A stretch of DNA of 63,426 nucleotides, filler included, from Octopus bimaculoides (GCF_001194135.2; 7 parts of 7 records of this genome joined end to end with filler, not necessarily neighbours in it); one strand, 5' to 3'; numbered from the whole stretch's first letter, positions 13,288-26,073 are shown. The notes: generated by a model from the sequence alone, not told the origin. Program-made: numbers and translations.

Positions 13288-13612
13288 CAAATCAATGGCA
13301 GATTTAATAATATTTTCAATAGTGAAAGTGGGTTTCGTGGAAATGGTGGCAGGGGGTATGCTTTCTTGTTTGTTTTTGTTTCTTGCTTCTGTCTTTTTTT
13401 CGTAGACGGCAGACGACAGCAGACGGAGGGTGGTGAAAGGTGGCGAAAGACGGCAGTAGGAGGCGGCAAATAGCGGATAAAGACGAAGGTTGGTGACGAT
13501 GTTGTAGGATGGGAGAGTATTAGTCGGTGGTGCTAGTGAGTAGCGAAGAATGTCGTAAGGTGGTGAGGTGTGGCGGATAAGTAACAAACAGAAACGAGTT
13601 ATATAAGGGCGG
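13288..13612 (-). promoter_or_regulatory. Candidate promoter (GC box + TATA-like) with a candidate first or internal exon ending at a consensus donor
   Basis: Minus strand CCGCCC-TTATATAA at 13612-13599, then a pyrimidine-rich, ATG-free leader ending at TTG|GTGAGT (13288/13287). The TATA also reads TATATAAG on the plus strand, so direction is uncertain. Confidence 0.3.
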
Positions 13613-13667
13613 AGAGATCGTAAAAGGATAGAGTAGTAGTAATAGGTGATGTTAAAGCGAAAAAGGC

Positions 13668-13700
<33 letters not shown>

Positions 13701-14008
13701 GTGGACCATTTAGTGCTGTAGAGAAGGTTTGCAGAAGGGAGAGGAAGGGAATGCGAAGTGAAAGGGTGGAAGAGTAACAACGATGGTGGAGTGAGGAAAT
13801 GACAAGGATGACGGAATCAAACGAAGGTTGATCCCTGAAGTTGAAAGAGGTTGTTAAAAGGTGAAGAGTGCATCCATTGGTGCCAAAGTTGTTGACGGGT
13901 GATGAAATATGGTTAAAGGGTGGCTAATATGTATAGGATATGAAAACTTGACACAAGATGGCAACAACTGAAGCGAAAGTGACAAAGGGTAAGAGACAGG
14001 GTTAAATA

Positions 14009-14134
14009 TTAACCCTTTGAGCCCGTAACACCGGTTTACCGGTACATAGATTATTCTTCTCTATACCGTGGCACCGGTGGAGTGCCAAGTATATGGTCAA
14101 ATAAGGTTCAGGAGGTCAGGGGTCAAAGGGTTAA
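14009..14134. mobile_element. 118-bp piggyBac-type MITE with TTAA target-site duplication
   Basis: TTAA (14009-14012) + CCCTTTGAGCCC ... GGGGTCAAAGGG + TTAA (14131-14134). The terminal inverted repeats match at 11 of 12 bases and start with CCC, as piggyBac TIRs do. Confidence 0.7.
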
Positions 14135-14239
14135 TGTTAATGAAGAGTATGTTGCTCTGATGGGGTTAACTGTGGTGAACTGTCACATAGGGAGGGGGGG
14201 AAATCACAATGTTTAGTGCCGCAGTAAATGTAGTTATGG

Positions 14240-14470
14240 TTGTTGTTGTTATTGTTGTTGTTGTAGTTTATTCCTAGACCAATACTGATCGAGTAAGACT
14301 TATGACCGATAGTTCTCCAGCCGTGATCATCCCGGTTTAAGTTCAGACATATTTTGCCTATGAATATGTGATCTATCCAATGCGAAATTTCGCTTTTAAA
14401 ACAGCATACTGATTTCTTAGGGATTTGACTTCTGTTTTGAGCAGGTCGAGCGCCCACGTAGAACTAGCTC
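14240..14470 (-). mobile_element. SINE-like repeat (family E) with (AAC)n tail
   Basis: CTCGACCTGCTCAAAACAGAAGTCAAATCCCT... to ...GGTCTAGGAATAAACTACAACAACAAC; related fragments at ~4620-4700, ~27030-27170 and ~45680-45890. Confidence 0.5.
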
Positions 14471-14671
14471 GAATAACAACAGTTGTCGTTGTCGTATTAG
14501 TTATAGTTATTCTTATTGTTACTGTGTTTAAACCCGTGTATCCTCTGATCAAACAGCCATGATGAAAGGCATAACCAACCGCGACAACCTATCGTTACTT
14601 ATGGTCTGGGAACCAGAACATTATGCAATGTAACCTTCCTTTTGTAAGAAGATACGGTGTAATCTCTCTCT

Positions 14672-15186
<515 letters not shown>

Positions 15187-15439
15187 CGGCTATTTCCAGA
15201 TAGTCGAGTATTCACAGAGGTTGTCCCCAAACTAGACAATTGACGAGGCAAAAGTTTGCAGAAGAGGGGTTTTCAGTAAAAGTAACCACGCGTTACACAA
15301 GAATGACCGTCGTTTAATTAGACTTCGGTGGATTTCGACATAGCGGATGATGAAGGGTGTAAGAGGGTAGAAAGAAGATGGGAGATAAAAGGGAGAGTGG
15401 TAGTGGAAGTGATGTTGGTAGGGGAAAGGGTATGAGGGC

Positions 15440-15841
15440 TGCGAAAGCTTGACTATTTGTGAGACATAGGATTGATAGTAACAGCAGAAACAGTAGCGGT
15501 GCTGGTGCTGGTGGTACTGGTGTGATGGTAGTGCTGGTGCTGGTGGGTGTGTTGCTGATGGTTATAGTGATGATGATGTTGATGGTAGTTATGTTGGTAG
15601 TGATGGCTGTGATAATGGTAATAGCGCGGGAAGTGATTGGTGGCAATGGTTGTAGTGGTTGTGATGGTTGCGGTTGTAGTTATAATGGTGGTGGTGATGG
15701 TGGTGTGGGTAGTGTTGATAATGATGATGATGATGTTGGTGTAGTGGGTGGGGTGACGATAAGGTGATGGTGGTGGCGATGATGTTGGCGATAGCGGTGG
15801 TGGTGTTGATAACAATGGTGGTGGTGGTGGTGGTGGTGGTG
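15440..15841. repeat. (GGT/GAT/GTT)n degenerate trinucleotide low-complexity tract
   Basis: Direct read; the mirror-type (CAC)n tract at 39560-39905 and the (CAT)n tract at 49480-49945 are similar. Confidence 0.9.
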
Positions 15842-17980
15842 NNNNNNNNNNNNNNNNNNNNNNNNNNNNNNNNNNNNNNNNNNNNNNNNNNNNNNNNNNN
15901 NNNNNNNNNNNNNNNNNNNNNNNNNNNNNNNNNNNNNNNNNNNNNNNNNNNNNNNNNNNNNNNNNNNNNNNNNNNNNNNNNNNNNNNNNNNNNNNNNNNN
16001 NNNNNNNNNNNNNNNNNNNNNNNNNNNNNNNNNNNNNNNNNNNNNNNNNNNNNNNNNNNNNNNNNNNNNNNNNNNNNNNNNNNNNNNNNNNNNNNNNNNN
16101 NNNNNNNNNNNNNNNNNNNNNNNNNNNNNNNNNNNNNNNNNNNNNNNNNNNNNNNNNNNNNNNNNNNNNNNNNNNNNNNNNNNNNNNNNNNNNNNNNNNN
16201 NNNNNNNNNNNNNNNNNNNNNNNNNNNNNNNNNNNNNNNNNNNNNNNNNNNNNNNNNNNNNNNNNNNNNNNNNNNNNNNNNNNNNNNNNNNNNNNNNNNN
16301 NNNNNNNNNNNNNNNNNNNNNNNNNNNNNNNNNNNNNNNNNNNNNNNNNNNNNNNNNNNNNNNNNNNNNNNNNNNNNNNNNNNNNNNNNNNNNNNNNNNN
16401 NNNNNNNNNNNNNNNNNNNNNNNNNNNNNNNNNNNNNNNNNNNNNNNNNNNNNNNNNNNNNNNNNNNNNNNNNNNNNNNNNNNNNNNNNNNNNNNNNNNN
16501 NNNNNNNNNNNNNNNNNNNNNNNNNNNNNNNNNNNNNNNNNNNNNNNNNNNNNNNNNNNNNNNNNNNNNNNNNNNNNNNNNNNNNNNNNNNNNNNNNNNN
16601 NNNNNNNNNNNNNNNNNNNNNNNNNNNNNNNNNNNNNNNNNNNNNNNNNNNNNNNNNNNNNNNNNNNNNNNNNNNNNNNNNNNNNNNNNNNNNNNNNNNN
16701 NNNNNNNNNNNNNNNNNNNNNNNNNNNNNNNNNNNNNNNNNNNNNNNNNNNNAGGGGAGAAGAAGAAGAAGAAGAAGAAGAAGAAGAAGAAGGAGGAGGG
16801 GAGGAGGAGGAGGAGAAAAAGAAGAAGGAGGAGGAGAGGAGAAGTAGAAGAAGAAGAAGAAGAAGAAGAAGGAGGAGGAGGAGGAGGAGGAGAAGAAGAA
16901 GAAGAAGAAGAAGAAGAAGAAGAAGAAGAAGAAGAAGAAGAGGAAGAGGAAGAAGAAGGCGGAAGTTGAGGTCATACCGTTTGATTATAATCGATTCGCG
17001 TAATAATATATACGTGTATTTTGCATAGAGATTTCATTGTAGATCATTGTTTTCACGGCTCTCACCAGCAGATCACAATGATTTCGTCAACTTCCAACAG
17101 TATTACTTCCTCCAGCGGAACCAAGAAATATTATTGCTATAATGGGATATCTACTTTGTTTGGGTCTAAATCTTAAACATTCCTTTCTACCATTATTATC
17201 TATTTTTAAAATACTTTTCTTTTTTCGATGGTATATTGTGTTTTAAGCAAACTGTCAAATTTATCCCGAACACTACACCACTGTTGGAAAAATCTGTTTC
17301 TCGTACCAGCAACAATGGCAACCAAACAATAATTATTTTTTTCTGCTGGTTTATTTTTCAGCCCAACATTTAGCATGTCTTTGATATATCTTCGCAACAC
17401 CATTGATGAAGCCATCCATGTTTATCTCTGTCGTTTACTATCCATTGCTCATCCAATACCTATCAGGTGGTACATTGTCGCCACAGCTACGAACCAGTGA
17501 AACTCTAATGCCGCTGAAATACTGTAAATTACCATTCTCGTGTGTGATATTCCACGCCGAGTTTCTCACATTTCTAACAATTTATTTCATATGTCCACTC
17601 CATAGTAATTTCCCAATACACCGTTATCTCAACATTCACGATATCTTTACGAATCAGTCAAAGTCGTAAAGTTGAGGCATTACGTCGTTCTTGCAATGCA
17701 ACACTACTTACGAATATCACCAATTCTTTCAAATCAAAAGTACCTTCCTAATCATTAGTACCTGATGATCGATTACGTATGAATCGGAATTTGTTTTCCG
17801 AAGGTAATCTATGCAGTAATTCTATTGGTTCTGCCTACATTGATGGCTACAACATGCGCTGAAAATATTTTGTCCTGAGCATAAGGCTACAATCTAGAAA
17901 AGACCGATAATGTATTCCTTAAAAATTGTAAAGAACCAAAAGGAAATAAATTCACAAACTTATTTTCAATACATCTATCT

Positions 17981-18177
17981 ATCCCGCGAGAGTTGGGATG
18001 CGGGACAAGCGTGTCGGCATACGCGGACGACGTCACCGTCATAGTGTCTAGCCAAAAGCACATCGAGCTTGTCGGCGAGACACTGAGAGACTACGAAGCG
18101 GTAACGGGAGCGAAAATCAACCGGGATAAGTCAGTGGGCTTGCGGCTCGGCACCTGGAGAAGCAACCCCATGCCGTC
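17981..18177 (+). mobile_element. Reverse transcriptase fragment of an L1/Tx1-clade LINE, cut by the scaffold end
   Basis: IPRELGCGTSVSAYADDVTVIVSSQKHIELVGETLRDYEAVTGAKINRDKSVGLRLGTW contains the YADD catalytic motif and the YE..(S/T)GAKIN..KS motif typical of L1/Tx1 RTs; no stops. Confidence 0.9.
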
Positions 18178-18277
18178 NNNNNNNNNNNNNNNNNNNNNNN
18201 NNNNNNNNNNNNNNNNNNNNNTTAATTAATTAANNNNNNNNNNNNNNNNNNNNNNNNNNNNNNNNNNNNNNNNNNNN
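18178..18277. other. Artificial scaffold join (44 N + TTAATTAATTAA + 44 N)
   Basis: Exactly 100 bp; the linker places stops in all six frames. Confidence 0.95.
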
Positions 18278-18318
<41 letters not shown>

Positions 18319-18858
18319 TCATAATACTACCACGTCAACTTTTTTTCATTCTTCTTCAAGAGAATCAGTCTTAATTTTTCTCCCACATAATTGTTACATT
18401 TCTGTTTTCACAAGCGCATGCGCACTCACGCCCAAGCACTTATGCCGCCCACGTAGACACATTAACAAACACACACATATACATCTACACATGCACGCAT
18501 ACACGCCTATATTTCCATCCTTACGTATACATGCATACATCTGCATACACACGCGCACACATATACACTTATACACACAAACATAAATATACATAGATAT
18601 ATATATATGGATATATATACACGCATATTCATAAATATATATNNNNNNNNNNNNNNNNNNNNNNNNNNNNNNNNNNNNNNNNNNNNNNNNNNNNNNNNNN
18701 NNNNNNNNNNNNNNNNNNNNNNNNNNNNNNNNNNNNNNNNNNTTATTCGTTTATAGTTATCAATTTTTGTATGGCGTAGCTATTTATTCTGAATTCGTAA
18801 TGAATTTTGTATGTATGTATGTATGTATGTATGTATGTATGTATGTATGTATGTATGT

Positions 18859-18911
<53 letters not shown>

Positions 18912-19328
18912 GAGATAGATAGAGAGATAGAGAGATAGAGAGATAGAGAGATTGATTGATTGATTGATTTATGTATATATGTCTATGCGCGTGTCTTTGT
19001 AAATATGTATGTAAACGTGTATATATATATAATTATGTTTTTGCATATATATGTACATAATATACAAATAAAAATATAAATACATATGTATACAATTATG
19101 TGCATAAATATATTATTGTGTGTGTGTGTGTGTGTGTTTGTGTGTACGTATGTGTGTGTGTACGTGTACGTGTGTATGTGTGTGTGTGCGTGTGTTTGTG
19201 TGTGTGTGTGCGTGTGTAGCAGTAAATAAAGAATCATCAGGAGTAAACAAATGCAGAAAAAATAAATATGAAGCAAACAGCGACTGATAAAGAGGCGGCG
19301 GGGGGGGGACAACTCAATAGAATACTGA

Positions 19329-19392
<64 letters not shown>

Positions 19393-19986
19393 AAAAAGAA
19401 CGGAAGAAAGAAAGGAAGAAAGAGAGAAAGAAATACATGGATAAATATGGACTTTGTCCTGACCAAAATGATATTTTGAGAAAGTTTCTTCGCCTCGTTC
19501 GACTCAACATTGATTTGGTGGTCATGAGAGGGAGGAGGAACGAGGGGAGAAGTAAGAGGAGGTGGAGTTATGAATAATCCATACACAAAGACACGGCTTG
19601 CTTGTATCTATATCTTTATAATTGTGGATGTTTTCATAGTTGGTTGCGTTGGTGTTCTTTCGAATTTTCTTTCTTTGTAGAACTCTTTGGGAAAAGGAGG
19701 TTGTTTTTGGTGCTTTGCAGTTTCGTGATGGAACATTCTTTACTTTCCTAGTTTTCTCCTGCGAGTTGTTGTTGTTGTTGTTGTTTGTGGTGGTGGTGGT
19801 GGTGATGGGGTGAGGTGGGGTAATTGTGGAGGTGATGGTGATGTTCTTCCATTTGTTGTTGCTACGGGTGGATGTGGCAGTAACTAGTGTTGGTGCTGCG
19901 AATGTCTCTTCTTGTCTATCATTTATCAATGCGTTTATCTATCCATCGATCAATCTTATCTATCTATCGATCTATCTTCCTTCCAT

Positions 19987-20022
<36 letters not shown>

Positions 20023-20059
20023 TCAATAAGTCTATCTATTTATCGATCAACCATTCTAT

Positions 20060-20092
<33 letters not shown>

Positions 20093-20141
20093 CATGTTTA
20101 ATTTGCTCTCTCTCCCTCTCTATCTCTCTATCTCGCTTTCT

Positions 20142-20208
<67 letters not shown>

Positions 20209-20739
20209 TACAAATACACACACACACACATACACACACACACATACATACATACANNNNNNNNNNNNNNNNNNNNNNNNNNNNNNNNNNNNNNNNNNNN
20301 NNNNNNNNNNNNNNNNNNNNNNNNNNNNNNNNNNNNNNNNNNNNNNNNNNNNNNNNNNNNNNNNNNNNNNNNNNNNNNNNNNNNNNNNNNNNNNNNNNNN
20401 NNNNNNNNNNNNNNNNNNNNNNNNNNNNNNNNNNNNNNNNNNNNNNNNNNNNNNNNNNNNNNNNNNNNNNNNNNNNNNNNNNNNNNNNNNNNNNNNNNNN
20501 NNNNNNNNNNNNNNNNNNNNCGTGGAGACGTTTTAAGTGAGGCTATATTTTGATTTGCAATAAAGAATAAAGAAGTCCCTTGTCTAAACGGAACGTCTCA
20601 TAAGAACGCATGACGTGAACATTATCATGAGTGGAGAAGTTGAGCTAGTATAGGCTATTGAGTATCAGCATTGAATGCTTATATTCAATCAACAATTTAT
20701 CAATGAAACCGTCAACGGTCTTACTGTTTTTCCTTGATA

Positions 20740-20789
<50 letters not shown>

Positions 20790-21273
20790 CATACACACAT
20801 ACATACATGTAGATAGATAGATTCACATATATATATATATATAGAGAGAGAGAGATGCTTGCAAATAAGGAAGTACATATGCACGAACGTATATTTATGA
20901 GTATTTATATGTGTGTGTGTGTACATACATACATACATATATATATATATATATGTGTGTGTATATATATGTTTGTGTGTGTGTGTCTGTGTGTGTGTAC
21001 ATGTACATAAATGTGTTTATATGTATACGTACATATATGCACATATAAATATATTTATATGTGCATATATATATTTATATTGATCATTTGTCCGTCAGTT
21101 TTGACGATGTCCTAGCAGCAACAACAACAAAAAACGAAAGTACAAATACATAAATAAATAAATTAATAGATAAATAGAGGAAGGGAGGAAGGAAAGAAGG
21201 AAGGAAGGACCAAAGAAAGAAACGAAGAAAACAAAAGAAGCTTTCTAAAGTTATTGCGTTTGTCCGCTGGTGA

Positions 21274-21321
21274 TCAATGAAGATAATGATTTCGACCATA
21301 CGGCACCTCGACAGGGGACGC
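21274..21321 (-). CDS. Candidate terminal coding exon (ASPVEVPYGRNHYLH*), product unknown
   Basis: Acceptor tctttggttccttgcatgcag|G; the phase-0 frame fits the phase-0 end of exon 26074-26138. No homology recognised. Confidence 0.3.
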   Translation of the reverse strand, partial: ASPVEVPYGRNHYLH

Positions 21322-21342
21322 CTGCATGCAAGGAACCAAAGA

Positions 21343-21409
<67 letters not shown>

Positions 21410-21659
21410 TGTATTTAATTATGTATTTTTTTATTTCACATTTGGTGGTTCACGTTTTTCACACATTCTACGTAATATATTGAATCATGTAAAATAAAAA
21501 GGAAATTTGGGTTTGTTTTTGAGGTGGTTTTTAAAAGAAATCTTTGTGGGAATAAAAAAGATGATGTTGCTAAGATTATGACGTAACAACATAACGTTTC
21601 ATCGATGCCCTCTTCGGCAACCGTACAAATACTAATAATATTAATTCTTACGCATGAAG

Positions 21660-21800
21660 ACGGTGAGATGGCAGAAACGTTAGAACGCCGGGCGACATGC
21701 TTAGCGGTTTTTCGTCTGCCGCTACGTTCTGAGTACAGATTCCGCCGAGGTCGACTTTGCCTTTCATCTTTTCGGGGTCGATAAATTAAGCACTAAATAA
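21660..21800 (+). mobile_element. SINE family C copy
   Basis: GACGGTGAGATGGCAGAAACGTTAGAACGCCGGGCGACATGCTTAGCGG...GCCTTTCATCTTTTCGGGGTCGATAAATTAAG followed by a (TAA/CAA)n tail. Confidence 0.75.
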
Positions 21801-21849
21801 TAATAATAATAATAACAACAACAACAACAACAACAATAATGTCCTTTCT

Positions 21850-22556
21850 ACTGAAAGCACAAGGCCTCAAATTTAGGGAAAGGGATTAAGTCGATTATTT
21901 AATCGACCCCGAAAGGATGAAAAGCATTTTGTCCGATGTACCAACGATTTTGCCAGCTCGCCGTCTTAATAATCCTTTCTGCTATAGGCCTGAAATGTTG
22001 TGGAAGGGGGGCAGTCGATTAGATCGGCCCCAGTACGTAACTGGTACTTAATTTATTGACCCCGAAAGGAGGAAAGGCAAAGTTGACCTCTGCGGAATTT
22101 GAACTCAGAACGTAACGACGGTCGAAATACCTATTTCTTTACTGCCCACAAGGGGCTACACACAGAGGGGACAAACAAGGACAGACAAACGGATTAAGTC
22201 GATTATATCGACCCCAGTGCGTAACTGGTACTTAATTTATCGACCCCGAAAGGATGAAAGGCAAAGTCGACCTCGGCGGAAGCATTTCCGATAAGCATTT
22301 CTCCCGGCGTACTAACGTTTCTTATTTCTTTTAATACCCACAAGGGGCTAAACATAGAGGGGACAAACAAGGACGGACAAAAGTACTAAGTCGATTACAT
22401 CGACCCCAGTACGTAACTGGTACTTAATTTATCGACGCCGGAAGGACGAAACGTAAAGTCGACCTCGGTGGAATTTGAACTCAGAACGTTAGCGGCAGAC
22501 GAAATACTGGTAAGCATTTTGCCCGGAGTGCTAACGGTTCTGCCAGCTCGCCGCCT
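21850..22556 (-). mobile_element. Head-to-tail multimer of SINE family C (three joined units plus a further decayed unit)
   Basis: Three copies of GACCCCGAAAGGATGAAAGGCAAAGTCGACCTC; junctions J2 at 22321/22322 and J1 at 22131/22132. Confidence 0.85.
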
Positions 22557-23024
22557 TTCACCGGCTTAATAATAATAACAATAATGATAATAATAATAAT
22601 ATATACCCTTGGCCAAGATACTACGTATTGGGATTGAACCCAAAGCAATGTGCTTTCAAAAGAAACTTCTTACCATTAAGCAATGCATTTATGCACCAGT
22701 GTCTTCATGTACGCGGTTTGGCGATGCGGTGATGGTGGGGAGTCAGCGCCCGAATATTGACTTATTAATAAATGTATGTTTACGAATCAGAGTGTAATTA
22801 TTATAAAAGAATAAGTTAAAGGTGAAGAGCGGTAACAAAACAAACAGACAAAAAAAAAATACGAATAAAACGTCAGGTAAGTTAATGAAGAAGAACGAAA
22901 TATGAAAACGAACAAAGATGGAGTGACGAGGAGAAGGGAGAGATGAGGAAAACAAAAAGGAAATAGTCTGGATGCGGTGTGAGGAGAAAGCACACTAAAC
23001 AGAAACAGAGAGAGGGAGAGAGAG

Positions 23025-23151
23025 AGATAAGCGAGAGAGAGAGGTAAGCGAGAGAGAGAGAGGTAAGCGAGAGAGAGAGAGGTAAGCGAGAGAGAGAGAG
23101 AGAGAGGGAGGTAAGCGAGAAAGAGAGAGGTAAGCGAGAGAGAGAGAAGTA

Positions 23152-23186
<35 letters not shown>

Positions 23187-23205
23187 AGCGAGAGAGAGAG
23201 AGAGG
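23025..23205 (+). repeat. Minisatellite of (GA)n interrupted by GTAAGC
   Basis: About eight units of (GA)n-GTAAGC, most reading AGGTAAGCG. Confidence 0.9.
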
Positions 23206-24097
23206 CAGAGAAGTATGAATAATAGAGTAGAAAATGAATGTTAGATAGGAATGAGAGAGGAGGAGGAGGTGGCATTTGGAGNNNNNNNNNNNNNNNNNNN
23301 NNNNNNNNNNNNNNNNNNNNNNNNNNNNNNNNNNNNNNNNNNNNNNNNNNNNNNNNNNNNNNNNNNNNNNNNNNNNNNNNNNNNNNNNNNNNNNNNNNNN
23401 NNNNNNNNNNNNNNNNNNNNNNNNNNNNNNNNNNNNNNNNNNNNNNNNNNNNNNNNNNNNNNNNNNNNNNNNNNNNNNNNNNNNNNNNNNNNNNNNNNNN
23501 NNNNNNNNNNNNNNNNNNNNNNNNNNNNNNNNNNNNNNNNNNNNNNNNNNNNNNNNNNNNNNNNNNNNNNNNNNNNNNNNNNNNNNNNNNNNNNNNNNNN
23601 NNNNNNNNNNNNNNNNNNNNNNNNNNNNNNNNNNNNNNNNNNNNNNNNNNNNNNNNNNNNNNNNNNNNNNNNNNNNNNNNNNNNNNNNNNNNNNNNNNNN
23701 NNNNNNNNNNNNNNNNNNNNNNNNNNNNNNNNNNNNNNNNNNNNNNNNNNNNNNNNNNNNNNNNNNNNNNNNNNNNNNNNNNNNNNNNNNNNNNNNNNNN
23801 NNNNNNNNNNNNNNNNNNNNNNNNNNNNNNNNNNNNNNNNNNNNNNNNNNNNNNNNNNNNNNNNNNNNNNNNNNNNNNNNNNNNNNNNNNNNNNNNNNNN
23901 NNNNNNNNNNNNNNNNNNNNNNNNNNNNNNNNNNNNNNNNNNNNNNNNNNNNNNNNNNNNNNNNNNNNNNNNNNNNNNNNNNNNNNNNNNNNNNNNNNNN
24001 NNNNNNNNNNNNNNNNNNNNNNNNNNNNNNNNNNNNNNNNNNNNNNNNNNNNNNNNNNNNNNNNNNNNNNNNNNNNNNNNNNNNNNNNNNNNNNNNN

Positions 24098-24130
<33 letters not shown>

Positions 24131-24337
24131 TGTTATACATGTGTTTAAATATATGTACTTTAGACTATCTCTGTGTGTGTCTGTATATATATGTATACGT
24201 CTGTATGTGTGTGTATGTATATGTGTGTGTATGTGTGTGTGTGTATGTGTGTATGTGCATATAGCGAGTGCTAATCAATTGTTAAGTGTGTGATTGCTTT
24301 TGCCGTGTCTGTGCATACAACATTCCAGACAAACATA

Positions 24338-24403
<66 letters not shown>

Positions 24404-24516
24404 CACATAAATAGCTGCAGCATTAACATCATTATCGTCGTTGTTGCCCTCATCGTCATCGCTTTCATCGACAGCATCAACACCATCATCATCATCATCA
24501 TCATCATCAACATCAT

Positions 24517-24547
<31 letters not shown>

Positions 24548-24727
24548 AGCAACGGCATCATCAAAAACTTTGTTGCCCACACACACATACACGCGCGCGC
24601 GCTATACTCTGTTTTACACGAGCAAATATGACCCCTATAAACCAACTCCTTTGTCTCCAACACTGGAAGCTATTGGCACACACCCAACACCGAAGGTTCG
24701 TATGTACCAACGAAGGCGAATCTAAGC

Positions 24728-24843
24728 CAGCGATGGGGCAACTGCGGCCCGCTGGGCCTTGTTGTGGTATACTTAAATTCACATGGAAAATCACATTTAT
24801 TAGAAGTGTTTAGTAGTGCGGCCCGCTTGATGATGAGTTATGT
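24728..24843 (+). mobile_element. 5' end of a hAT-Charlie-like non-autonomous DNA transposon, truncated by a gap
   Basis: CAGCGATGGGGCAACTGCGGCCCGC resembles the Charlie-type terminus CAGGGGTGGGCAA..GCGGCCCGC. GCGGCCCGC recurs at ~24818, and the upstream 8-mer ATCTAAGC resembles the NTCTAGAN target preference. Confidence 0.55.
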
Positions 24844-26073
24844 NNNNNNNNNNNNNNNNNNNNNNNNNNNNNNNNNNNNNNNNNNNNNNNNNNNNNNNNN
24901 NNNNNNNNNNNNNNNNNNNNNNNNNNNNNNNNNNNNNNNNNNNNNNNNNNNNNNNNNNNNNNNNNNNNNNNNNNNNNNNNNNNNNNNNNNNNNNNNNNNN
25001 NNNNNNNNNNNNNNNNNNNNNNNNNNNNNNNNNNNNNNNNNNNNNNNNNNNNNNNNNNNNNNNNNNNNNNNNNNNNNNNNNNNNNNNNNNNNNNNNNNNN
25101 NNNNNNNNNNNNNNNNNNNNNNNNNNNNNNNNNNNNNNNNNNNNNNNNNNNNNNNNNNNNNNNNNNNNNNNNNNNNNNNNNNNNNNNNNNNNNNNNNNNN
25201 NNNNNNNNNNNNNNNNNNNNNNNNNNNNNNNNNNNNNNNNNNNNNNNNNNNNNNNNNNNNNNNNNNNNNNNNNNNNNNNNNNNNNNNNNNNNNNNNNNNN
25301 NNNNNNNNNNNNNNNNNNNNNNNNNNNNNNNNNNNNNNNNNNNNNNNNNNNNNNNNNNNNNNNNNNNNNNNNNNNNNNNNNNNNNNNNNNNNNNNNNNNN
25401 NNNNNNNNNNNNNNNNNNNNNNNNNNNNNNNNNNNNNNNNNNNNNNNNNNNNNNNNNNNNNNNNNNNNNNNNNNNNNNNNNNNNNNNNNNNNNNNNNNNN
25501 NNNNNNNNNNNNNNNNNNNNNNNNNNNNNNNNNNNNNNNNNNNNNNNNNNNNNNNNNNNNNNNNNNNNNATATATATATATATATATATATAAATATTCA
25601 TGTCTATATGTATGTATATATGTGTAGGCATATGTAAATATATATATAGATATATATATATATATAGATAGATAGATATATATACACGCGCGCACACACA
25701 TATACATACAAACACATACACACGCACAGATACACGCACGCACATACATATATCTTATATGCCTTTCTGAAGTTGGTATAACTATTACAATATCACTCAG
25801 CCTTGAAATGTTTAGGGGCTCGTTTTGTTTTGGGATTTTTTAAAATTGTTTTGTTGTTTTTACACCTTTCTTGTTTGGTTCTTACGTTTGAGAAAGCAAA
25901 TTACGGCACACAATGTGAATCGCAACTTAGCCCTCTAACGAAACACTCCTACAACCCGTAAATAGATCCACCCAAATTCTCCATCCTTGTGTCAAAAGAC
26001 GTTGTTGGAGCTTCAACGTGGTAGAAGCGGGGTGGAGAATTTGCCGGACTCGTTGGAGCGTGGAACAACATAC

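Noticed and set aside
14137-14457. Protein-looking 106-aa ORF
   Set aside because: It overlaps the family E SINE-like repeat and an (AAC)n tail.
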